A stretch of DNA of 64,000 bases, from contig NC_068985.1 of NCBI RefSeq assembly GCF_001194135.2, positions 42,956,293-43,020,292 on the forward strand, in the 5' to 3' direction. This DNA is from Octopus bimaculoides. Its lineage: Eukaryota. A program made the position numbers and the translations under genes. Positions 12,142-24,500 of this stretch are shown one piece after another. The notes below the pieces were generated by a model, which made no database searches, was not told the DNA's origin, and saw only the letters and a list, made by a program, of their open reading frames with translations. Each line of letters starts with the position of its first letter. Within the stretch, counting starts at the first letter, position 1.

Positions 12142-14149
12142 TATTGACATTAAGCAAACTTTAGAGAAATTAGCAAAGCAGATAGTGATGATGATTTTCA
12201 CATTTCCAAAGAAACCTCTGGATTATTCCCATTTTTTCTTTAATGCAAACCAAGCAGTAAAATATAAGTTACATTATTTTCACTTATAACCAACTTATAT
12301 ATATATATATACCTTGGTATACACACACTCACACAGATATATGTGTGTGTGTGTATGTGTGTGTGTATACACACACATACATATAAATATACACACACAC
12401 ACATACATATAAATACATACACACATCCAGCTGTCATAAGAATGATATATTACTGCTATTTTATTTCATTATTTTAATCAATGCACTATGCTAATTATTT
12501 TTAGAAATAAGCTTTTTCTTTTCCTTGAAATCAAAATTTGGAAGAGAATTCATACATCTCTCCTCCTCTTGTCCACCCCACCATATCAGGGTGAAAGTGG
12601 AATATAAGTAAAGACTTAAGGCAGTAAATAGGGTTTATTAATGTTAAATCAGTCTAAAATAGAAGTATTCTCCTCCCCCAATCTCTCCATCTCTCCCTAT
12701 CAAGCTGTCTTCCCAGCTCTCTCTCTCTCTCTCTACCTAGCTCTCTTTTTCTCTCTATCTACCAAGCTCTATCGTTTTCTCTACCTACTTCTCTTTATAT
12801 ATCCCTTTAAATCAAGGTCAAACTTCAGAGGCAATGGGCAAATCCCTTTAGGAAATAATGATATATTATTAAGTAAGAACTTACATTTTAAGACATTTAA
12901 TACTGTAAAAAAAAAAGAGTCAATTATCATCATCATCATCATCATCATCTTTGTCACCATTAAAAAACAAAAATTAGCAAATTAATTTTGAAATATTGAG
13001 GAAAACGATTCTTGCAGAAACATGGTACTGCATGGGACAAGTACTTATTCATAGTATGTGAGTGTACTTAAGTGTATGTGTATGAGTGTGCCTATGTGTG
13101 AGAGGAGAATATATGTCAGTATATATGCAAGGATGTGTGCATGGGTGTGTGTTTAATTGAGCATGTTTACATTTGTAAATAAATGTGTGTGTGTGTGTGT
13201 AAATATGTGTGTGTGGATATACATGTATGTTTGTATTAGTTTAAATAATTTGAGTGCAAACTAAGAGGAAGTTGTAAATTGGTAAATTTAAGGAATCAAC
13301 TCAACAGTTGCAGTCTCACAAGAAATACGATAATTTCTTTCCATTTAAGAGACTTCCTAAGCCAAAAGAATATTTTTCATTTAAATCCTTTTTTCTTTTT
13401 TTGAAGTGAAGCAAAAAACAAAAACAAAAAAAGTAAAAATTGTGGCAATTGCTAAAATTTTGAAGATATTTCCAAAGATAATTTTACTAAAATTTTCTCC
13501 ATTTTTTTTCCAAAATTGAATATCATTAGAAAAAATAAAACCACAAAAATTCTATGAGTCACCCAAATTTGAGATGATAGGAAGCTGGTTTACTTAGCAT
13601 TAGTAAATATCTGAAACTTTGTGGTGGGGTCTAAAAATAAGGGACAGAGAATGATCTAGTCCATGTGCAAATGAGGTCAAAGAGGGTAAAATAGTAGTGC
13701 CAGTCATAATTTATCAGAGAGTAGACATTGTTCAGGTTTGATAAGGATGGCATCTAGCTGTAAAGACACTGGATACAGTGGAAAAGTGGGGGGGGGGTAT
13801 ACGCACAGGTGTGGCTGTGTGGAAAGAAGCTTACTTCCCAACCACATGATTCCAGGTTCAGTCCTACTGTGTGGAACCGTGGGCAAGTGTTTTCTATTAT
13901 AGCCTTGGGCTGACCAAGCCTTTGTGAGTGAATCTGGTAGACAGAAACTGAAAGATGGCCATCATGTGTGTGTGTGTGTGTGTGTGTCTTTGTGTCTGTA
14001 TTTACCCACCACCACTGCTTGACAACCACTGTTGGTGTGTTTAAATCTTGGAGATGTTAGACATTATAAACAATAAATCAATAAATTAGGTACTAATATC
14101 ATAGTAGATTTAATTAATTTTTCTCAATTAGAAACATGCTTCAGTCTCT

Positions 14150-14460
14150 GGACCACAGATGAGCTGTCACTTCTTACTGTCTCTTTCATCACTATTATAA
14201 CAACTTCTGTCCCTTGGAGCTGACTGGTCTCCTGCCTCATCCATTCAGGCACTCCCAACCCACTTGTCTCTCCATCTTTTTGTTATTATTGTTGTGTCCA
14301 ACTCCACCAGCTGCACACTAACCACTATGCTCAATCCTTCTGCCTTAGAACATCATTTCTCTGGAAATTTTACTCTGTTCGTGTCTTTCTTGCAGGTGTT
14401 GGCCTTCAACATTTTAAATATAACCAGATCACTGATCTTGGATGACTTACAAAGGTCATG
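14150..14460 (+). mobile_element. CR1-like LINE ORF2 C-terminus, decayed
   Basis: DHR*AVTSYCLFHHYYNNFCPLELTGLLP..LHTNHYAQSFCLRTSFLWKFYSVRVFLAGVGLQHFK. Confidence 0.75.
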
Positions 14461-17400
14461 AGTACTGCCCCTTTCACCAAATTCAGCAAGTAAAAGAAAT
14501 TATGTATCAATAGATGTTATCTGAGATATTCAACAACACTACAACCACCACTGCAGACACCAATACATTCAACAATACCAACAGAGATACTAATAAAATA
14601 CAGACAACAATCCCACATTCACTAATACAGACATTACTGTACATATATTCAACATAATTATTATAGACTCTTCTTTAAACGTATGCCACAAGGCAACATA
14701 ATAAAAGAATATAACATAACCCAAATTAAACAACTGAAATAGATAACATGATCAATTCACAACATGGATGCAAATGACTGCACTGAACTACCATACTACT
14801 CATAAACCATGCCCATCCCTGGTGAAACATGCCCAAGCAATCACACTGCAACTCCATACTCCATATGATAAAGCACTGCATGCTGAAGTACTACTTAGTA
14901 TGGTTCTCAACCACATTGAAGTTTGGTACATCAGGAGTAATTTGACTGACTACCTACATACTGTAGCTCTGTTTAGTCAGGGCTCAACAGGGTTACACAA
15001 CTACAGTCAGAGGCATAGTTGTGGGGTTAAAAAGCTTGTTTTGCAACAATGTGGTTTCAAGTTCAGTGCTACTGTGTAGCACCTTGAGCAAGTTCTACTA
15101 TAACCATAGGCTCACCAATGCCTTGTGAGTGAATTTGGTAGACAGAAACTGTCTAGAAGCCTGTTGTATAAATGCACATATATGTATGTTTGTGCATGAC
15201 TGTGTTTGTGATCCATCTCCACTGCTTGACAACTGATGTTGGTTTGTTTACACCTGCATAACTTAGCAATTCAGCAAAAGAGATCAATAGAATAAAAAAA
15301 TAAGTCCCCCAGCATTGCTCCAGTCCAATGACTGAAAAAAGTAAAAGATAAAAGAGGATGCAAAAAGTAAGGACAAAGTATGCACTGTTGATCACTCAAC
15401 TGTCCATTTGGAATTCTCAGTTCAGTCACTGACACAGTATCAAGAAATCAGAACAAATAATAGAAGCACCAATAACAAACTGTGTCTATCACACCAACTT
15501 TATGGAACTATGAAAATGGTATATTTATTTTCAAACACTTTCGAAAATATCTGCAGGAAAAAAAAATACAAAACAAAATAAAAAGCAAATTTTCTCTACT
15601 GGATGTTAATCAATCATAGATAACTTATCTGAAAATGACATTGTACCTATATACCTTCTGGTAAACTGAAGTAAATTAGAGTACTATACTTGTTACTGAC
15701 AACTAGGTGAACTGAGTTGACATAAAATAGTTACTTTATTCACTGACTCAACAAAATACTGGCACTTGAACCATGGAGCAAGTAATGCAATCATTCATTC
15801 AGATATTTTTACCTCTAAAACTGGAATCATTGAAGTAGGTACACATCATATAGCAATTTCAAACAAATGGTTTCTTCTGCTTAGCTAAGACGTTTTGCTG
15901 TGCTCTTCTCTAAATCACATTAACAAAAGCACTGAAAAGGATACTGTCACAGACAAAATATGTGACTAAACGGTTTCACTAGACAAATATATAGATTAAT
16001 GTGCATTCTGATATCATTACAGATAAGCTGAGAGAGTAAAATGATGTGGGTTACAGACTCCAAACATAATTGTTCTGCAATCAAACATGTTCCTTAGACA
16101 ACAGGCTCAAAGGCATTAAGATAAACAGAAGGAAACGATTTCCTTGTAAAATGAAAATATCTCAAGTTTTTCTGATAGTGTCTACATACAAAAGGTGAAA
16201 GCAAAAAATGATGCACAAGAGCACCATGGAAAGTTAAATATGTTTGGATTTTTCATTAGAATTGGCAAGGAATTTCATCTTAGTGGAAAGTGAAAAATAG
16301 TTATGAGTGTATTCAACAGAAAAATTGTTCAAACGAAAGAATTTTGACGTCTTGTGGATAGTTAGGATTATCAGATTGCAAAGTGGTACATGAACAAATT
16401 TTTAGATTATGCATTAGTGACTTGTTTTTTTCTAAGTCATTGCTTATTTAAATGTTGAAACAACTATGATTACGAGCACTCAGAGAGTTACGACAGAATT
16501 CATATCTTATTTAACAAGATTAGATGCCAACATATTTACATAGACTAATGCTAAAATCCAATAACCTTATGTGATAAGGGAAAATACTATTTTAATCCCA
16601 CATTAACATAGAGTCAGCTTTCTGAATTTTTAAAGTTTTCTTTCAGGTTTATTTTTTGTCTTTCTTTTTCCTTACCAAAGGAATTTTACTCAAGGAAAAC
16701 AACACCCTAGCTTTACCAATGCCATAAGAATATCAGTTCCTTGCACCCGAAATGTCTCACTAGAAGAACAACTTTCTCCTTTCTCTTTCCTTTTTAATAA
16801 CATCTAGCCAAAAGTTTAAACAAACCTGCTTTTCCCAAGAGAGAATATCTCAATTTCTCTTCAAAACAATTATAAGTATCCATCATGTTTCTATTGTTCT
16901 AAGCTATAAAATAGCAAAATATTTTTTCATGCTGGCACCAAAAAAAAAATTTGCATCAATTGTCTGGTTTTCTATAAATTTTAATTTGTATAACTTTTAT
17001 TTCATTCCTTTACTTGTTTTAGTTGTTGGACTGTAGCCATGTTGGAGGGCCACCTTCAAGGATTTATAGTTGATCAACTCAACCCTAGTACTTATTTTTG
17101 CATCTAATACTTATGCTATCATTTTTTTTTTTTTTTTGCTAAACCACTAAGTTACATGGCCATAAACAAACTAGCATAAGATGTCAAGAGATGAAATGAG
17201 AGACAAACATAAACAGAAAGAAACACACACATACACACACGTGTACATATAGGTATAAGTGTTTATGATGTTCATGTATGTGCATAAAGCTGGACTTTGG
17301 CACAGTTTGTCTACTAAATTCACTACAAGACATTGGTTGACTAAGACTTTAGTAATAGACATTTGCCCAAGGTACTGTGTGGTGGAACTGAACTCAAAGC

Positions 17401-20400
17401 CATATGGTTGCAAAGTGAACTTCTTAACCACACAGCTATACCTAGAAAACATTTTATAAAATTTCACATTTGAACATTTTTTAAAATTCTATGTTTAGTA
17501 ATAAATGTAAAATTCCACAAGTCTCAACAAAGAGGAAACCTGTGTATGATCACTTAACCTGTTAGAAATACCAACCAAATCTCCTTCAAATCACACCCGA
17601 ATCTTAAAAAAAAAAAAAAAAAAGAAGGATACATTGAATAATGTAGTCTGAGATACACAGAAAATAATGTCGGACGGAAAATAGTCATGATCATCCTAGT
17701 TCTGCTGGATTAGTAGAGCTGACCTGGGGTTAAACAACAAAAACACCTACGATTACAAGCTGCCTGGACAATGAAAAAGGGAACAACAGAGAGGACATAG
17801 AAAGTAACAGGGAATAATGGGGGTCATATTGTAGCAAACAGTAAATAATAGTTAAAGAAAGCAAAAATGACAATGACAACAAAGATGAGGATAATGGTGG
17901 GGGTTTAAAGTGGTGGTGGTGATGATGATGATGCACTTGATTTTGTTTAGCCTTCAAATCAACCTTGACTGAACAAACCCATGATCATAAGTATTCCAAC
18001 CATGACCATCCCATCTGTTTAAATGTATCTGGTACTATATTACCCAATGAATCTTTTTTTTTTCTTTTTTAAGGCTGTGGGCTGTGATTTCTAACAGGGC
18101 AAACAATCACAGAATGAGAAAAGTGATTGTTATGTTTTGTTGGTGGTGGTGTGGTAATAGTGAAGGGAGTGCTTTCTTATGATACATATCAATACACCTC
18201 CAATTAAAAGTTCTCTAAAGACCAAGAACTGTCTGCAGAAGGAACTGATTTGATTGTCAAAAAGTCAAAGCAAACACAAACTTGAAGTTCTCATAACTGA
18301 AGTTAGGTGGACAATGAACTTATAAACGTGAAATATGATGAATGTTACACATTTATTACATATGAATGTGTTATACACAGTACTATTATGAATATAAATA
18401 TTACACATATGTACAAATATTATGTACGAACAGACAACACCAGTAGCTGTAGAGTTATTACACATGTTATATATGAATGTGTAATATACAACACCAGTAT
18501 TTAAATCGAGATATATGTAAATATTATGCAATAGATAAATGCCAACATCTGAAAATGATAATAATGGTTGGTTTATTATATATTTATCAAAACTAGAGTT
18601 GTTGAAAGTTATCATTAAAAGAAATTAAAAACAACATAGAATGGAGACCTATAAATGAAGATTGACTGATTAACTACAGGTGTTTAGAGTTTACGTAGAA
18701 ATACAACTGATGTCCCTCAGAACACTTCCTGGACAGTACAATCTAGCATTATGAAGGCAGCAGGAAAACTGCTATGATTCCAGAAAGATATTTTCTATAA
18801 GAAGAGGTGTTCCAATCTTTTGAGGAATTATCACTAACACACCTTTGGCTTAGATTGCACAAACATTATCTCAAGATTTTTCTAATTAAAGGAAGTTTTG
18901 ATTAATTTGGTATTATATTGAAAATAGAAGGCACTAATCTAAATTTCTAACTGAGGCTTAATTTTCTTGCAAATTCAATAAGTAGCAACAAGGAGATTAA
19001 AAGTACCGTTAGATGTAAAAATATACACTTTGAATCAAATTACTATTTTGATATACCACATTAAATTCTGATGATTAATTTTCTCATTATAGAGAACAAC
19101 TTACCATGTTACACCGAAACTCACATTTTTTTCTCACTATAAGATTAAAATTTCATCAATGCATCTTACTTGCGGTTGATTTAGAGTATTGGGTTTGACA
19201 TAAGTGCCAAATTTTACTCCAACCATTCATTGTTTCCTTGGTTATGGCAGCTAACTCTGCTCACCTTAGGCTATCTGACTAAGTATTCAATCTACATTGT
19301 AGTTGTAGCTAGTCTGCTTTAGTGAACATTGAAATATTTAAGACTTTAAATATATAGTTTCTATGCTCAAAGAGTGGGAAAGAAATTTATTGAATATCTG
19401 TTGTACTTTAATAACAACCTACATTTTATTCCTGGATTAAATTCAAGATATGTTACTTACCTGTGTTAACTATTCAGGTGTGTTGCATATCTTAGCTATA
19501 ATAATCTAAGTGAACTATCAGCATAGGTGTGCTACCTGCATTAATAGGTGAGTGAACTACCTATGTGTAAACTGTGATGCCACCTAAATAAGATGAGTAA
19601 ACTGCCAGGTGTGTTACTTATGTCATCTCATAATGCAAGTGAACTATATGTTATCTATTCTAGGTAATAACTTGGGTTAAACATATAACTTAAATAAGAG
19701 AGAAGTTATACATGTATGTATGTGTGAATGTGCAGAATGATGATATTCCATGGTTTTGCTTGTTGCTGCCTGAGCAAAACAGTGATATGATGTCAATGTG
19801 GAATAAAAAAATTTAAAAAAACATAAAACTTACTGAAACAACTAAGAATTGATGATAGGAAGACCATCCCTTCACGCTTCACCCTGTTTCAAGTAAATTC
19901 CAATCCAACCCATAACAACATGGAAAAAGACAGACATGAAATGAATGAAGTCAATAAAGGTTTCCATGGGTGTCCAACTTGCTTAAAAACAACAGCTAAA
20001 TCTCCTTTAAACCACAACATACTGTCTAATCAAAGGAAGAATATTTTGGGCAATGTAGTTTCAGATATACTATTTGAACTTTTGAAAGAATGGTCATAGT
20101 TGGAACACCTCTGATTATGGGTATGTCAAGTCAAAGAGTTGATCTGGAACTAAACAACAATAATTAAGGGAGACTACAAAAGGGAAATGTTTATGGTTTT
20201 CAATGAGAAATTTGGCTGTTTTGGTTTAGTAATAATTAGAACTAGCAGTTTAGTATACAAACTGGTGTGGGACTGAAAGTATTCCTCACAGATCATGAGT
20301 TCAGCTCTTGTCTGAGGGTTGGCTTAAGTATATAAACCACTTTGTTATACCAGCTATACTGATCACAGAAGCTTTAATGTGTTCTCTCAAACTGCAATAA

Positions 20401-20689
20401 ATAACAACCAAATCTTTCAAATCACAGCTAATTATCTTTAAAAAAAGGCACCTTGGATAATGTAGTCCAATATATACTGTATCTGATGGAAAGATGAGAT
20501 GGTTACAGCTGGAACGCTATTGTTCACTGATTGTCATGATTACAGTTGACTGTGGGCTGAACAACTATAACAACAAACCAACAATTCAATCACAGTATTT
20601 ACAGAGAGTATATTCCTTTGCTAACCTCAGAATTTGACATCTGAATAGACATTGTTGACCCCACCCCACCCACCCCACGATACTCTTCT

Positions 20690-20850
20690 CATTATGAAAC
20701 CCAGTATTAACTTACATACTGACCTTATTGTTGACCTCACTACCGACCTCAGTATTGAACCCCTCCATATTAATTTGGTTACTATTCTAAATACTCACTT
20801 CATTTCTGATCTCCATCACTGATCTCAGTATTGATCTAACTACTGACTGC
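20690..20850. repeat. Degenerate 12-bp tandem repeat (CAGTATTGACCT-like)
   Basis: cagtattaactt/acatactgacct/tattgttgacct/cactaccgacct/cagtattgaacc..cagtattgatct/aactactgactg. Confidence 0.6.
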
Positions 20851-21216
20851 AGTTCTATTTTCACAGCAACAAATGATATTCAGTTGTAAAATAGCAGTTC
20901 CAAGAATTCCATAAAATCTGACAATATCACTTTCAGAAGTTTCCTCACCACCACCACCACCACCACCAGCATCACCAATCTTTGGAAAATAATAAAATGA
21001 AACACAAATTTCTCACAAGTCAACACAAGTCAACTTGCTAAGAAATAACAAATAGCAGACACAGAGATTAATGTCAGATTAAAGTCAGCAGTAAGTCAAT
21101 CTAAACAGTACATATTAAAGATAGAATTGTATTCTTAACCATACTTATGACAACCCCTAGGCACTGCAGGGCCACTTTACAAACAGTAGAAGTAAATAAC
21201 AAAACAAACATAATTC

Positions 21217-21264
<48 letters not shown>

Positions 21265-23500
21265 ACGTGCGCNNNNNNNNNNGTGTGTGTGCACGTGCGC
21301 ATATATATATATATATATATCATCATCATCATCGTTTAACGTCCGCTTTCCATGCTAGCATGGGTTGGACGATTTGACTGAGCACTGGCAAACCAGATGG
21401 CTGCACCAAGCTCCAATCTGATCTGGCAGAGTTTCTGTAGCTGGATGCCCTTCCTAACGCCAACCACTCTGAAAGTGTAGTGGGTACCCCTACGTGCCAC
21501 CTGCACAGGAGCCAGTCCAGCGGCACTGGCAACAACCTCGCTCAAATGTTTTTTCACGTGCCACCAACACAAGTGCCAGTAAGACAACGCTGGTAACGAT
21601 CACACTCAAATGGTGCTTTTTACATGCCACCAGCACAGAAGCCAGACAGAATCCAGTAAAGTAGCTGTTTTATTTACTTATCATTTCCGATCGTGAAAGA
21701 AGACACAAGTTCTCCACAAATGGAAGTGGTAACAGAAATTACTTCTTCAGAGATACAAGTTTACCAATCCTTTTATTCCTAAGTCATAAAGTATTCGAAA
21801 AGTGGTAAAGCAGACAGATGAATGTCGATGACTTTACAATTCCAGCATAAGAAAAAATGTTTACACTAGAAATTACTAGATCAGTAAGTTGGTCTGACAA
21901 TACCAATTGCCATTAAATTGAATTCACTTGTCTGAAAACAATTAACTATTACAAACCCCATCCCTTTAATGTTTCCTTTGTTCTTTCTCATCCCTTATTC
22001 TTCTCCCTTTGTTTCCATACATCAAAGCAAAACAATGACTTCTTTCTCACCCTCCAATCCTCCACACATGCATTTCTCTCTAACTATTCTTCAGTCTCCT
22101 AAAGTGAGAATTCTTATCCTTTAATACATTTCCATTTCTATTTGTTTGTTTGTTTCTTGTCTCTCAAAACTTTTCAGATCCTCTGTAAAACAGTTCAAGT
22201 AAAATGTCAGTCATCCAAAAAAGTAGAAGGATTCCTCATTGCATTAAAAAAATAATAATAATAAATAGTAAAAATTTTTTTTTTTTTTTTAAACCTGCTT
22301 TGCTCTATATTTCTGCTAGCAAGGGAATGCTCCTGAAAACAGTGGAATAATCTATGTTAGACAACTAATCTTTCAATCTGTTTCTGTAAGATCAAAAATT
22401 AAAAAAAAAAGAGAGAAACTGTTGGCAAAGGAAGCAGAGTAAATCCTGTCAAAGTAATGACTTTACCATTATTGCAACAAGCCATCCCAAGAATGATAAA
22501 TTTCATTTGTTTTGCCGTTCTTTTATCTCTTAAAGGATTGTAAACCTAGATTCTGTAAGTTTCATTTATATCTCCTTTTAACAGCAGGAAATCTATTGTA
22601 TCTCAATTAGGAAATATTTTCAAACTAAATAAAAATGATAAAAATTGAACAATTATTTTGATGTGGTTTGAAGTGATGATAAATGATGACACTGGCTGGA
22701 TGTAAGAAAAAAGTGAGAAAGAGGAAGAGAGGGACAGACAGAAGGAGGAACAGAAAGAAACATAGAGGGCGGGAGAGAGGGGGGTTCAGACAGACAGAGA
22801 CACAGACAAATAGAAAGATATTACTGGAGATAGACATATCACAGTAGACATATAGATATTACAGGAGATATTCCAGACAGCTACACACACACACCACACA
22901 CACACACACACACACGTTACAGTTAACAGATATTATAGTAGATAGACAAACAGATATTAGAGTAGACAAATATCCATGATAAATACTACATGTGTAGCTG
23001 AAAAAAACATATTTCTGTAATAAACTTTATTTTCAAATCAGAAGTAACTTAAGATCAAATTACATTGCTCATTTGATCTTCCATCAACATAGCTAGAGTG
23101 GAAAATATCTTAGATAGTGAATGGTACACAGGTGCGTTTAAATAATGGAAAAAACTGTTGATTGAAACTAATTTTACTACCATTCCTGTTTATATCACCT
23201 GTATCTTGTATAAGCATCATGCTTTTGGGCATTTACCCCAACCCTTAAGTGTTTAAATGCTTGCAAAACCTTGCCTCTCACTGGATGAAATTTGATGTTT
23301 AACACTTTGAAATAACTAGGACACTACACTGCAACTTAATGGAACCATTATCTGTTGCTACAGGAAATGTCTAGATTTAGACTGAAGTTGGTAGAACCAC
23401 AGGAAAGAATTATTCATTGGTTTTCATTTAAAAGATATTTAATATTTTTGCATTTAATTACCAAATAAGAATAAATTAATTTTTTTAAATCTTGAAATTA

Positions 23501-23723
23501 AAAATAGGTAGAACAAAAGAGTGGAGATAGCAGAAGGGGAATTGAATATGGACAAGAGGTGTAGAATAGAAGAGAAGGTGAGTGATAGGCGAGCAGGTAA
23601 CAAAGAGGGCAATAATGGATGAGAGACCCAAAATAGACATATATATTCTGACCTCCATCACCACCGCCACCATATTAACGATTGGTTTGCTATACTTGCA
23701 TTGGTGAGCAGTTCTTCTCTAAT
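23501..23723 (-). repeat. Left arm of a 223-bp inverted duplication (partner 28430-28652)
   Basis: Manual alignment of the reverse complement shows 3 substitutions and no indels. The ORF track shows near-identical spurious ORFs on opposite strands. Confidence 0.95.
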
Positions 23724-24489
23724 ACTCTGAGTTACCATTCGTTAAGTTCTTTGTCATCTTCCTGAGGTAAGCCTTTATCATTTTGTCTCCCATCTTTGTA
23801 AGTATTTCTCTTACACAGTTTCTATCCATTTAAAGCATCTGGCACTTCTTTTTACAACTGAGATCTTCAGTATGTATCATAAAGAGAACAACACATTGGA
23901 TAATGTAATTCTAGATGCTGCCATTGCCAGTACCGTGTGACTGGCCTTCGTGCTGGTGGGACGTAAAAGCACCCACTACACTCTCAGAGTGGTTGGCATT
24001 AGGAAGGGCATCCAGCTGTAGAAACTCTGCCAGATCAGATTGGAGCCTGGTGCAGCCATCCGGTTCACCAGTCCTCAGTCAAATCGTCCAACCCATACTA
24101 GCATGGAAAGCAGACGTTAAACGACAATGATGATGTTGATAGTGTTGGCCCTCTATTGTAATGACCTCAGCACTACATTTTAACAAAATGTACCTCTCTC
24201 TCATTAGCATTAACCTCTGTTTTCAATCATACTGTGAGAGAATAAGAATGTGAAAACCAATGAAACTAAAATCTGTCAACTCAGTGTAAAGACCACCATA
24301 CCATGTATCCTCAGTAGAGTGTAACTCTCCTTTTAGTATTAAAAAAATTTGAGATTGTTTTGAATCTTACCATATATATATAGTGTGTATATCAACAGTG
24401 ACTTTTGACTTGACTTCGATTTGATTACAAATGGCATCCCTTTGTTACCCTCAATGCTGAGGTCACAATAAAAGAATTTTTTTACTTAC

Positions 24490-24500
24490 TTTTGGTCACT
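24490..24500 (-). other. Candidate 11-nt micro-exon
   Basis: Minus strand tttctattttactgtccaacag|AGTGACCAAAA|gtaagt. Confidence 0.25.

Noticed and set aside
15470-22410. Strong isolated minus-strand acceptors (about 15560, 22190, 22385) and donors (19104, 19169, 19460)
   Set aside because: They could not be paired into well-supported open exons, and such sites are expected by chance in T-rich DNA.
24162-24470. 11-bp inverted repeat TGACCTCAGCA/TGCTGAGGTCA about 300 bp apart
   Set aside because: No TSD and no second copy in the window; too short to call a MITE.
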